From Candidatus Spongiisociaceae bacterium (GTDB lineage: Bacteria; Actinomycetota; Acidimicrobiia; Spongiisociales; Spongiisociaceae): 64,000 nt of DNA. A program made the translations under genes and the position numbers. The notes under the pieces are model-generated. The model was not told the DNA's origin, ran no database searches, and saw nothing but the letters and a program-made list of their open reading frames with translations. Below, piece after piece: positions 53,596 through 64,000 of this stretch. Position 1 is the stretch's first letter, and each line of letters opens with the position of its first letter. Location: the NCBI GenBank assembly GCA_965219685.1, contig CBDCOH010000002.1, positions 3,104,001-3,168,000 on the forward strand, read 5' to 3'.

Positions 53596-53779
53596 CGACC
53601 GGACGATCCCGACCCGTGGAGAACCCCCGTGGTCGGCGGGCTCGGCGCAGCCAATAGCCACTCCGTCTTCCCGCCGGCGGTGTACCGACCAGGTCGACGC
53701 TGTGGGCAGCCACACACGGACAGGACAGAACCGGTCCGTCGTCAGCGGCTAGGCGCAGAAAGAGGAGACGCTCGCGGAG

Positions 53780-54137
53780 ACTCTAGATTCGATGCTGTTT
53801 GGAATGCCTGCACAGGATCCGGCTGGCGGCGGTTCAACAGTTCGGGACTCTCCTACCCTGCCACAGCTCGAAGGCCCTGAGCAAAGCCCGCGAGCGGCTG
53901 GCCAGACGGGGACTGATCGAGCACCGCCGACTGAGGCCGGGTCACACCGCTTGGGCACTCACACCAAAAGTGCACCTCCACCTGACCGCGACCGGTCATC
54001 TACCAGCCCTCCGGTCCGTCGAGATCGACGGTCTCAACAAGCCCTCACACCCCGCGGTACTGCCGAAGTCATCACCACCCTCGCCCGTCTAGCCAACACC
54101 GCATCGAGCGCCTCACACTCATCCTCCAGAAGTGCAT
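53780..54137 (+). pseudogene. Degenerate wHTH/Replic_Relax-like fragment interrupted by IS3
   Basis: LHRIRLAAVQQF...RLARRGLI...WALT resembles the N-terminus of the 45558-46463 protein. Confidence 0.35.
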
Positions 54138-54167
54138 TGAACCGCCCCGGGTTTGCCGGAGAGTGTT

Positions 54168-55408
<1,241 letters not shown>

Positions 55409-55558
55409 GACTCCATTATCTCCCAACTAATCGAGTCTCCGGAGAAACCGGGGCGGTTCACATACCGCGGACCCCAACCCGGGGATTGAGAATAGGTCGC
55501 AACCCGCTCCTGCGGCCACCCCGCTCCAACCAAGACTGCACCTGTTGGGCTACTTGAG

Positions 55559-56695
55559 TCAGCTCACATATCGAGCCCAAGCCTCCATCAGTCGGCGGCG
55601 ACGTTCCAGCAGGTCACTCCTCGCGTAGGCCTGTTCAGCAGCCGACCCCACCCGATGCGCTAGACAAGCCTCGGCCACCTCCCGCGCCACTCCCGTCTCC
55701 CCGCACCAATCTCGAAACGAGCTTCTCATCCCATGCAATGTCCCCCCCAGATCAAGCCGTACAGGTAGCTTCGTCAAAACCCACGAACCGATCTCCCCAC
55801 CCGACACCGACGGGAACACCCAGCCTCTGGGACCCTGCGAATAGCGGCGGGCTTCGGCCAGCACCTCCACCGCCCGCCCCGACAGCGGCACCCTGTGCTC
55901 GCGGCCGGATTTCATACGATCGGCGGGAATCGTCCACGTCCCCGCCTCGAGATCGATCTCCTGCCACACCGCACACCGGACCTCGGCTGAACGGGCGGCG
56001 GTCAGCACCAAGAACTCGAACGCCAACTGAACGGTCGGATAAGTACCAGACGCCCGCACCTTGGCCAACGCTTCGCTAACCCGGCGATGCGGGAGAGCAC
56101 GATGATGTCTCTTAGCTCCGTTCTGTTTCGGCAGCGCAGCAGTAACCGCGTCACCCGCCGGGTTGTCCTGCCGATACCCCTGAGCGATGGCCCACTTCAT
56201 GACCGCCGCCACACGCTGCCGTACCCGCCGCGCCGTTTCCGGCTTAGTCGTCCAGATCGGAGACAAACAGGCCATCACGTCCGCCGACGTGACCTCATCA
56301 ACCCGCTTTGAGCCGATAACAGGCAACACATAGGCAGCCAAAGACGACCTCCACTGCCCCTCAGACTTCCCACCCGGTTTCCACTTCCCCGCGTGCAGGG
56401 CGATCACCTTCTCAACCGCCCCCCCAAACGTAGGGACAGCACCAGAGCGCAACCGCACCGGATCATCACCCCCCAGCGCCGCTCTGCGGTACTCGAACGC
56501 CTTCGCCCGAGCCTCCGCAAGACTCACATACGGGTAACGACCCAACCCCAAATCCCGTCGCTTGCCGTTCACGGTTCCCCGCCAGATCCACGCCTTCGAA
56601 CCAGACGGCTGAACCCGAAGCATCAAACCATGCTCATCGCCATACTTGCCCGCCCTGGACACCGAACGCACAAACGCGGCTGTCAACTTTGGCAA
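55559..56695 (-). CDS. int: P4-like tyrosine integrase with arm-DNA-binding domain
   Basis: LGLGRYPYVSLAEAR; R(TAARS)-K-HGMRSSF-H-Y catalytic set; adjacent to tRNA 3' end. Confidence 0.95.
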   Translation of the reverse strand: MPKLTAAFVRSVSRAGKYGDEHGLMLRVQPSGSKAWIWRGTVNGKRRDLGLGRYPYVSLAEARAKAFEYRRAALGGDDPVRLRSGAVPTFGGAVEKVIALHAGKWKPGGKSEGQWRSSLAAYVLPVIGSKRVDEVTSADVMACLSPIWTTKPETARRVRQRVAAVMKWAIAQGYRQDNPAGDAVTAALPKQNGAKRHHRALPHRRVSEALAKVRASGTYPTVQLAFEFLVLTAARSAEVRCAVWQEIDLEAGTWTIPADRMKSGREHRVPLSGRAVEVLAEARRYSQGPRGWVFPSVSGGEIGSWVLTKLPVRLDLGGTLHGMRSSFRDWCGETGVAREVAEACLAHRVGSAAEQAYARSDLLERRRRLMEAWARYVS

Positions 56696-56894
56696 TTCCC
56701 TCTCCCTCCCCGTCCCACAGCGTACCACTAAGCGTCCCACACACAAATGCAACTACCCGGAACCGAAGGGAGGGTCAGGAAACAGCCCTGGCCTGCTGTT
56801 CGCTAAGGGTGAGCTGATAGAAGGGCTAGATAAATACCCGTTGACCTGGGTGTATGGTCACTTCTGAAACGTGGAGTGACAACCAGCAACGTCG

Positions 56895-56967
56895 TGGGCC
56901 CGGAGGGAATCGAACCCTCGACCTTCGGATTAAAAGTCCGCTGCTCTGCCGACTGAGCTACAGGCCC
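56895..56967 (-). tRNA. tRNA-Lys (UUU), CCA not encoded; probable integration site
   Basis: GGGCCTGTAGCTCAGTCGGCAGAGC...CTTTTAA...GGTTCGATTCC...GGGCCCA. Confidence 0.97.
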
Positions 56968-57041
56968 ACCTGTCAGGGTAGCGGCGAGCGGGTCTTCTCA
57001 TTGCGAGGGGCTAGCGGCACCGGGGACGATAGGCTCGGTGG

Positions 57042-58847
57042 GTGATCGGCTACGGATACTCGGGGATGCCCACCTCAGGGATGGCCGACGGCGCCTTCCT
57101 CGACGGGCTGGAGGAACGGGGCCACCAAGCCTTCGAGTTGGCCTTCACAAGAGGGTTCCCCTGGAACGAGAGGAGGTGTGCCCGGTTCGGCCGGGCAGCC
57201 GCTGATCGGGGAATCGGGCTCTCGGTCCATGCCCCGTACTTCGCAGTGCTCACGGTTGCCGACGAGGACCGGGCCAAGCAGTGCAGGGGAGCATTGGAGC
57301 ACACGCTGAAGCTGGGCGCCGAGTTGGGCGCCCGGATCGTCGTCTCTCATCTGGGACCGCGGAGGGAGGAGGATCCCGAGGTATTGCTGGACCGGATGTG
57401 CGAGCACCTCGGTTGGATCGGGTCCAAGGTGGCAGGACTGGGGGTGTCGCTCGGATTGGAGACCACGGGCCGGGCCCGCCATATGGGCAGCCTCGGAGAC
57501 ATTGCCCTGCTCTCCGCCGAGTTCCCATTCGTCCGGCCGGTGGTCGACTGGGCGCACGTGCACGCCATCAGCCAGGGCGGATTGGTGTCCCCCGAGGCCT
57601 TCTCCGCTGTGTTCGCGTTCCTGCGGGACAACTTTCCGGCTTGGAAGGTGGATCCACTCCATACCCAATTCAGCGACGTGTTGTACGGGGAGATGGGCGA
57701 GATCCGCCACCTCCCCTACGGTGAGGGGACCCTTCGAGCCGAGCCTCTGGTCAAGGCCGCACGGGAGGCCGGGATACGCATGACGGTCATCTCCGAGTCC
57801 CGCGATATGCGGTCGCACGATGCCATCCACTCCGAGATAGCCGTGGCCCTCCTGGCTTCGGAGCCTGAAACTACGGGTACTCGCCCGGTGGCGAGCGGCG
57901 CTATCGAGTTCCCTGTAGCTCCGCGGGTTCGGGACACCGCCGAAGGGTTCGCCCTGGCCGGGTACCAGCGCCGGCTACGCCTCTCGAACCTCGACAAGAG
58001 ATTCTTCCCCGACGGCTACACGAAAGGTGATCTGATCTCGTACTACGCCTCGGTGGCCCCGGTACTGCTCCCGCATCTGGACGACAGGGCGATAGTGATG
58101 TCCAGGTATCCGGACGGCGCCGAGGGAGATTCCTTCTACGAGAAGCAGGCACCCGGTCACCAACCGGACTGGATGCCGCTCGCCCCTCTCGGATCGAGCA
58201 CCAAGGGCGGGGCCATCGATTACGTCACGGCTCTGGATGCCGAGTCGCTCATGTGGCTCGCCAACATGGGCTGCATCGAGATCCACCCGTGGCTGTCCCG
58301 TCTACGCGATATCGAATCCGAGGACTTCGCGGTGTTCGATCTCGATCCCGCCGAAGGGGCCGGCTGGGAGCAGGTCGTGTCGGTGGCCAAGCTGCTCGGG
58401 GTGGCGCTGGACCGGCTGGGATTGCGCGGCTATCCGAAGACCTCCGGATCCCGCGGGATACACGTGTACGTCCCGCTGGAACCCGGGCACACGTACCGGA
58501 GGGTGCGGCGTTTCGTCGAGCGGGTCGGGCAACTGCTGGCCGCCGCCGACCCGGAAGGCGTGACCATGGACCGGCATATACCCAACCGCAAGGGAAAGGT
58601 CTTCGTCGACGCGGGCCAGAACCGGGCAGGAGCCACGATCGCCTCCGTGTACTCGGTGCGACCCCGCCCGGGTGCACCTGTCTCCACGCCGGTGCGCTGG
58701 GAAGAACTCGATCACGTCACTCCCGGGGACTTCACCGTGGCCACGGTCTGGGACCGGATCTCCCGTCACGGGGACCTCTTCTCTCTCGTGCTGGAAGGAG
58801 GCCAAGTCCTCGACCATGCCGAGGAAGCCATGGGGATTTGTTGTTAG
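57042..58847 (+). CDS. Fusion of AP endonuclease 2 (EndoIV-like TIM barrel) and LigD/Prim-PolC polymerase domain
   Basis: SVHAPY, GLETTG, DWAHVHA, RHLP, ISES; then LSNLDK, TKGDL, RYPDG, FDLDP, KTSGSRGIH, YSVR. Confidence 0.88.
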   Translation: MIGYGYSGMPTSGMADGAFLDGLEERGHQAFELAFTRGFPWNERRCARFGRAAADRGIGLSVHAPYFAVLTVADEDRAKQCRGALEHTLKLGAELGARIVVSHLGPRREEDPEVLLDRMCEHLGWIGSKVAGLGVSLGLETTGRARHMGSLGDIALLSAEFPFVRPVVDWAHVHAISQGGLVSPEAFSAVFAFLRDNFPAWKVDPLHTQFSDVLYGEMGEIRHLPYGEGTLRAEPLVKAAREAGIRMTVISESRDMRSHDAIHSEIAVALLASEPETTGTRPVASGAIEFPVAPRVRDTAEGFALAGYQRRLRLSNLDKRFFPDGYTKGDLISYYASVAPVLLPHLDDRAIVMSRYPDGAEGDSFYEKQAPGHQPDWMPLAPLGSSTKGGAIDYVTALDAESLMWLANMGCIEIHPWLSRLRDIESEDFAVFDLDPAEGAGWEQVVSVAKLLGVALDRLGLRGYPKTSGSRGIHVYVPLEPGHTYRRVRRFVERVGQLLAAADPEGVTMDRHIPNRKGKVFVDAGQNRAGATIASVYSVRPRPGAPVSTPVRWEELDHVTPGDFTVATVWDRISRHGDLFSLVLEGGQVLDHAEEAMGICC

Positions 58848-58897
58848 TTAATAGTATCTATTTGATAGGTAGGGTTAGGTCAGCGTAGTGTCCGCTA

Positions 58898-59536
58898 TCA
58901 GTTGTGCTGTCCGTGTCCCATGTCCCCCGTGGGAGAAGGGTCGGCGTGCGGTTGGGCGGCCAGGCCGTTCCAGACCGTGTCGACGGTCTGTTCAATGCGT
59001 CTCCTAGATTCGGAAGCCCCGAAGATGTGCCTTGTGAAAACCGCCCCGACCATTGCCTGGACAGCTGCCTCAAGATCGACGTCGGCCCGGATCTCTCCCC
59101 GGTCCACACCGCGTTGCAGCACCGAGATCGCCTCATCCCTCCGCGGGCGTAGGAGCCGTTCCCGTAGCAGTTCGAGGAGTTCGGGACTGCGGCTCTCCTC
59201 GACGAGCAGGGCGCCGATCAGCGCGAAGCCCGGACCCCGCTGGAGGGCACGCCGGTTCTGCAGGATCATCTCGACGATGTCGGAACGTATGTCGCCGGTG
59301 TCCGGCAGCGGGCCCAGATCGTCTCTCAACGCTCCGAGCGCGGCGGCTACCAACTCCTCCTTGGAGGAGTAACGGCGGTAGATGGTGGTCTTTCCGACAC
59401 CGGCCTTGGAGGCCACCCCCTCAACGGACATTCCCGCATATCCCCGATCAGTCAATAGCTTCAGGGTTGCTCGGAGGATCGCTTGGTCGGTCTCCGGATC
59501 ACGGGGCCGGCCGGGCTTCGGGTCTTCCCGCGTCAT
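58898..59536 (-). CDS. TetR-family regulator
   Basis: GRPRDP...VASKAGVGKTTIYRRY. Confidence 0.93.
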   Translation of the reverse strand: MTREDPKPGRPRDPETDQAILRATLKLLTDRGYAGMSVEGVASKAGVGKTTIYRRYSSKEELVAAALGALRDDLGPLPDTGDIRSDIVEMILQNRRALQRGPGFALIGALLVEESRSPELLELLRERLLRPRRDEAISVLQRGVDRGEIRADVDLEAAVQAMVGAVFTRHIFGASESRRRIEQTVDTVWNGLAAQPHADPSPTGDMGHGQHN

Positions 59537-59545
59537 GGGAGTAGC

Positions 59546-61102
59546 CTATTCGCCGGGGTTCCGGGATCCTTCGTCCTTCGGAAGATGGCGCGGCGGCATG
59601 AACTTCGCTATGAACACCGAGCCTGTCAGCGCCACGCCGGCCGCCACCAGGACCGCCACGCCGAGCGCATCCGAGAAGGCGGTCCTCGCCGCATCCGCCA
59701 ACCGCATCCCGACGTCGGCAGGCAACATCGCAGCTATCTTCGACGCCGCCCCCACCGAGTCGCGGGCGGCGCTCGCCGCCTCCGAGGGCAGTCCGGTCAC
59801 GGCGTCGTCCATCCTGGCTCCGTACACGGTGTTCATCACGGAGCCCATCACCGCCACGCCGAACGCCCCCGCCACCTGCCGGGTAACGTCGTTCATCGCC
59901 GAGGCCACACCGGCGTTCGCCTCAGGGACCGCTCCCATAACGGAGTCGGTGGACGGGGCCATCACGTTCCCCATGCCGAAGGCCATACAGAAGAACGTCA
60001 GGCCTATGATCCAGTACTCGGTGTTCGGGTCCCAGAATGAGATCGAGATCAGCACCGCGCCCAGCACCACGAGACCCGGTGCCACTACCTTGTTGGTGCC
60101 CAGCCTGCCAACCAGCCGGTGGCTGAGACCGGCGCCGACCGCGATCCCGAGGGCCACGGGGACCATCCGTAACCCGGCTTCCAGCGGGGTGTAGCCCTGG
60201 ACGAACTGGAGGTACTGCGTCATCCCGAACACCATCCCGAAGAGGGCGAAGAACCCGATCGAGATAGCCCCCGCACCTGCGGAGAACCTCGGGTTACGGA
60301 AGAACGCGAGGTTCAGCATCGGGTGTTCGGTCCTGATCTCCCAGTAGACGAAGATCCCGACCAGGAACGCTCCAACCGCGAAACCGGCCAGCACCAAGCC
60401 TTCCGTCCATCCCCGCACCGGGGCCTCGATGATCGAGAACACCAGAATCGTCACAGCCGAAATCGACAGGACCGCGCCGGGAACGTCCAACGGAACCGGC
60501 TCCGGATCCCGGCTCTCGGGCACCAGCAGGACCCCTGCAACCAGCGCCACGACAATGATCGGGATGTTGATGAAGAACACGGAGCCCCACCAGAAGTGCT
60601 CGAGGAGCAGGCCGCCGGCCAGGGGACCGAGACCCACACCCAGCCCGGAAACCCCGGCCCAGATCCCGATCGCCTTGCCTCGTTCTTCTCGCGGGAACAC
60701 ATTGGTGAGGATCGAAAGGGTGGACGGCATGATGAGCGCTCCCCCGACTCCCATCAGGGCGCGAGCCGCGATCAATTGACCACTCGAACCGGCCTGCGCC
60801 GCGAACAGACTCGACAGGCCGAAGACAACCAGGCCCACTTGGAGAGCGAGCCTTCGCCCGTAGCGGTCGCCCAAGGATCCCATCGTCAACAGCAACCCGG
60901 CGAAGACGAGGATGTATGCGTCCACCATCCACTGGAGGGAAGTGGCGGACGCGCCGAACTCGGTCTGCAGGGTAGGGATGGCGACATTCAGGATGGTGTT
61001 GTCCAACCCGATGATGAGAAGGCTCGTCGAGAGAACCCCGAGCGTCCACCATCGCCGCCGGTAAGCGACAGAATCTGTCGACACCGACCCCGGACTCGAC
61101 AT
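59546..61102 (-). CDS. 14-TM MFS DHA2 efflux transporter
   Basis: LDNTILNVAIP, GSLGDRYGRR, WGSVFFINIP. Confidence 0.95.
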   Translation of the reverse strand: MSSPGSVSTDSVAYRRRWWTLGVLSTSLLIIGLDNTILNVAIPTLQTEFGASATSLQWMVDAYILVFAGLLLTMGSLGDRYGRRLALQVGLVVFGLSSLFAAQAGSSGQLIAARALMGVGGALIMPSTLSILTNVFPREERGKAIGIWAGVSGLGVGLGPLAGGLLLEHFWWGSVFFINIPIIVVALVAGVLLVPESRDPEPVPLDVPGAVLSISAVTILVFSIIEAPVRGWTEGLVLAGFAVGAFLVGIFVYWEIRTEHPMLNLAFFRNPRFSAGAGAISIGFFALFGMVFGMTQYLQFVQGYTPLEAGLRMVPVALGIAVGAGLSHRLVGRLGTNKVVAPGLVVLGAVLISISFWDPNTEYWIIGLTFFCMAFGMGNVMAPSTDSVMGAVPEANAGVASAMNDVTRQVAGAFGVAVMGSVMNTVYGARMDDAVTGLPSEAASAARDSVGAASKIAAMLPADVGMRLADAARTAFSDALGVAVLVAAGVALTGSVFIAKFMPPRHLPKDEGSRNPGE

Positions 61103-61119
61103 GGAGTACCTCCTTATGA

Positions 61120-61170
61120 AAACGATACGGTAGCGTTTCTATATTCTAGCGACATCTCGGAACCTGTCAA
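61120..61170 (-). promoter_or_regulatory. Sigma-A promoter TTGACA-N16-TAGAAT with downstream palindrome AAACGATAC-G-GTAGCGTTT (likely TetR operator)
   Basis: tgtcaa 61165-61170, attcta 61143-61148, inverted repeat 61120-61138. Confidence 0.7.
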
Positions 61171-61487
61171 ACCCGCTCAAGGGACCGCTTCGGTCGCTAG
61201 ACGAGCACTTCCAAGGGATCTGACCGGGAGCGACCGCACTCTAGATCGCTACACAACGGTGCACAACACATCTACAACTCGTGTGCACCTGCGCCTGGAC
61301 TCGGACGGCTGGACGGTAATTAGTGAAGAGCCCCCCCCCGGCGTAGACGCGAGCCCCAACAGTTGCTATCGAGGCTGGCAAGTACTCCAATCTACTGAGA
61401 CATCACTCAATCCTATGGTAACAACGGCATACCAACTAACAACTAGGCCCTGGGAACTACTGAGCAACTACTCCTAGAGTGTCGGCT

Positions 61488-62231
61488 ATGGCGGATGCGG
61501 ATCGTCTCACGTACCGGGTGGAGGAGTTGGCTGCCGAGGCAGGGATCGGCGTGGACACCGTTCGCTACTACCAGGGTATGGGGCTGCTCCCGCCCACCGG
61601 CCGTGAAGGGCGATCTGTCGTCTACGAGACCGTCCACCTGACCAGGCTCAGAACGATCCGCGCGCTGGCCGACGACGGCTTCACCCTGGCCCAGATCAAG
61701 CGGCTACTCGACGACTCGGGACATCCTCTCCTCGTGTCGCTGGCCGGGAAGGTGGTCGGACTGACACGGGAGGAGTTGGCCGAGCGTTCTGGGCTGGCTC
61801 CACCGCTGATCGACATGGCCGCATCGGCAGGCCTCATCGAACCGCTGGGCGGGAGCGACGAGGAACGGTTTTCACCTGATGTGGCGCCGATGCTGGCAGC
61901 CGGGCTCTCGCTGCTCGAGGCCGGGTTCCCGCTCGACAGGCTCGCGGCGTTGGCCGCCCGGCACGCCACCGGCGTGGAAAGCGTGGTTGACGAAGCCATC
62001 GACCTCTTCAAGGATCATGTTCGGTCGGGCCAGTCCGACAGTCCCGAGGATCTGGCCGGGCTGTTCCGGACGTTGGTGACCCATGTGACCAGGCTGGTGG
62101 CCCAGCACTTCCACCACACCGTGGTCAGCCGGGTGAAGGAACGCCTCGAGGGATCCGAGGACGTGGCGCTGGTCGTAGCACTCGAGAAGGCCGGCAAGCA
62201 GCAGTTCGTCGTCTCCACCGAGTGGCGATGA
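61488..62231 (+). CDS. MerR-family regulator
   Basis: [26 protein letters not shown]. Confidence 0.9.
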   Translation: MADADRLTYRVEELAAEAGIGVDTVRYYQGMGLLPPTGREGRSVVYETVHLTRLRTIRALADDGFTLAQIKRLLDDSGHPLLVSLAGKVVGLTREELAERSGLAPPLIDMAASAGLIEPLGGSDEERFSPDVAPMLAAGLSLLEAGFPLDRLAALAARHATGVESVVDEAIDLFKDHVRSGQSDSPEDLAGLFRTLVTHVTRLVAQHFHHTVVSRVKERLEGSEDVALVVALEKAGKQQFVVSTEWR

Positions 62232-64000
62232 GTGACCGGAAGCAGCTTGAAGACCGGATCGGCAAAGCCGTAGCCCGGGCGCGGATCTCCGCGCAGCCAT
62301 CGGTCATCACCCTGGCTGCCCGAGCGGGCGAGGTCGATTCCCTCGCCTTCGTTCTGGAGGCAGGGCCTCCGTTCGCCTTCTGGGAGAGGCCTGGCTGCGG
62401 GTTCTCGATCGGCGCGGTCGGGGAGGCGGTCACCATCGACCCGGGGCACGGGCCGGGAAGGTTCGGTCGCGCCTCCTCGGCCTTGCGGTCACTGGCCGCT
62501 CGAACCCATCAGCTCGCAGTCGACGGCTCGGACCGCATGCCCCTGCTGATAGGCGGCTTCTCCTTCTGGCCGACGAGCACCTGGCCGCGGTTCCCTTCCG
62601 GACGGCTGGTGCTTCCGGACCTGGCGCTGATCTGTCGCTACCCGGGCCGGGGTGTGTGGGTGGCGGCAACCGAGGTGAGCGCCGATGACGACCCGCACGC
62701 CGTGGCCGATCGACTGACGGAACGGATCAGTGCGTGCCGCAACAGGCGCCTGGCCCTTGTAACTCCGGAGGTCATCGACCACCCGGCTGCCGGGACGGTC
62801 GACCTCGGCGATCCGGGGTTCCTGGAACGGGCGGCGGCGGCGATCGCCTCCATTAGACGGAGGGACCCCTTCCCCTCGGCGCCGCCGCCCGGGATCCGCG
62901 GCTCGGAAGAGCCGACTCCGGCGGGGACTCGGCAAGGGGAACTCAAGAAGGTCGTCCTTGCCCGCCATCTCGATGTGGAGCACCGTCCCGAACTCGGGCC
63001 GTTCCTGGCCGCGCTCCGCCACATCCACGACCGCGGCGCTGTCTTCGCCTTCGGACGGCGGGACGGTTCGATCTTCTGCGGAGCGACACCGGAGCTCCTG
63101 GCCCGGGTCGACGGGGTGAAAGTCTCCGCGCTCGCTCTTGCCGGAACCGCTCCGCGCGGGGCAAGTGCCGCAGAGGACACGCTGATCGCTGACCGTCTCC
63201 GCAACCACCCGAAGGAACTCGAGGAACACCGCTACGTGGCATCCGAAATCTCGCAGCGGCTCGAGGCGAGAGGGTTCGCGGTGGGGGATCGGGTCCCGAC
63301 CTACGTCATGAGACTGCCCGGCATCCAGCATCTGGCCACCCCTGTCAGCGCCGTGGCACCCGTCGGAACCAACGTGCTGGACGTGGTGGGCGCCCTCCAC
63401 CCCACCCCGGCCGTGGCCGGCGTTCCGCGCGACCGGGCATTGGACTGGATCTCGGAGCACGAACCCCTGCAGAGGGGCTGGTACGCGGGTCCGGTCGGGT
63501 ATTGCAACCTGGCTGGAAACGGCGAGTTCCACGTGGCGCTACGGTCCTGCCTGATCGAGGACGGTCGCACCCGGCTCTTCGCCGGCGCAGGGATCGTGGG
63601 CACCTCCTCGCCGGACGGGGAACTCGAGGAGACGAACCTCAAGCTTGATACCGTGCTGTCCTCGCTGTTCGGTATGAAGGATCATCGCTGGCGCTCCTAC
63701 GCGACCGCCGACGCCCTGGTGGCGGCCCTACGGTCGGGCTGCCCGGGAGGGGTGGTGATCTCACCTGGTTCCCGCTCCACCCCGCTCGCGCTGGCCGCCG
63801 CGTCGGGCGGATTGCCGGTCCGGGTGGTGCTGGACGAACGTTCGGCCGGCTTCGTCGCCCTCGGGATGGCCAAGGCCTCGGGGCGGCCGGCCGCTCTGAT
63901 CTGCACCTCCGGCTCGGCGGCGGCCAACTACCTGCCCGCGGTGGCAGAAGCTGACCGGGCCCGCACACCCCTGGTGGTGGTGACGGCTGATCGACCGCCC
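62228..64000 (+). CDS. menF-menD: Isochorismate synthase-SEPHCHC synthase fusion (MenF-MenD), runs off the window end
   Basis: KVVLAR, GATPELL, LAGT, LHPTPAV, GAGIV in frame with [27 protein letters not shown]; no stop at the junction. Confidence 0.85.
   Translation, partial: MSDRKQLEDRIGKAVARARISAQPSVITLAARAGEVDSLAFVLEAGPPFAFWERPGCGFSIGAVGEAVTIDPGHGPGRFGRASSALRSLAARTHQLAVDGSDRMPLLIGGFSFWPTSTWPRFPSGRLVLPDLALICRYPGRGVWVAATEVSADDDPHAVADRLTERISACRNRRLALVTPEVIDHPAAGTVDLGDPGFLERAAAAIASIRRRDPFPSAPPPGIRGSEEPTPAGTRQGELKKVVLARHLDVEHRPELGPFLAALRHIHDRGAVFAFGRRDGSIFCGATPELLARVDGVKVSALALAGTAPRGASAAEDTLIADRLRNHPKELEEHRYVASEISQRLEARGFAVGDRVPTYVMRLPGIQHLATPVSAVAPVGTNVLDVVGALHPTPAVAGVPRDRALDWISEHEPLQRGWYAGPVGYCNLAGNGEFHVALRSCLIEDGRTRLFAGAGIVGTSSPDGELEETNLKLDTVLSSLFGMKDHRWRSYATADALVAALRSGCPGGVVISPGSRSTPLALAAASGGLPVRVVLDERSAGFVALGMAKASGRPAALICTSGSAAANYLPAVAEADRARTPLVVVTADRPP

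Overview
High-GC actinobacterial DNA. The SLH/cadherin/FN3 giant-protein repertoire suggests an Acidimicrobiia-like, possibly host-associated organism (inference). About 57 kb (1-56.9 kb) is accessory DNA next to the 3' end of a tRNA-Lys(UUU) gene. It holds a tyrosine integrase, an excisionase/Rep/DnaB module, a decayed VirD4-like + Replic_Relax module, four large or giant surface-protein genes (ASST-cadherin-SLH, SLH-ProX-FN3, SLH-metallopeptidase, 2.8-kaa FN3/Ig), a soluble GAF-PAS-HK-REC-OmpR hybrid regulator, glyA, two low-GC paralogous membrane proteins, and many IS110, IS3, IS1634, ISL3 and IS21 elements or remnants. The right ~7 kb looks like core genome: an EndoIV-LigD-polymerase fusion, TetR/MFS, MerR and a MenF-MenD fusion. 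Main observation: four IS110 elements are each inserted in another insertion sequence (two in another IS110's bridge-RNA donor loop, one in an IS110 right end, one in an IS3 inverted repeat). In each case guide-like segments in the element's own non-coding end match the reconstructed site, which suggests RNA-programmed IS-on-IS parasitism. Second observation: a shared 15-bp box lies 33-34 bp upstream of the predicted -10 of four minus-strand promoters, three of which precede surface-protein genes. All analysis was by eye; no searches or folding were run.
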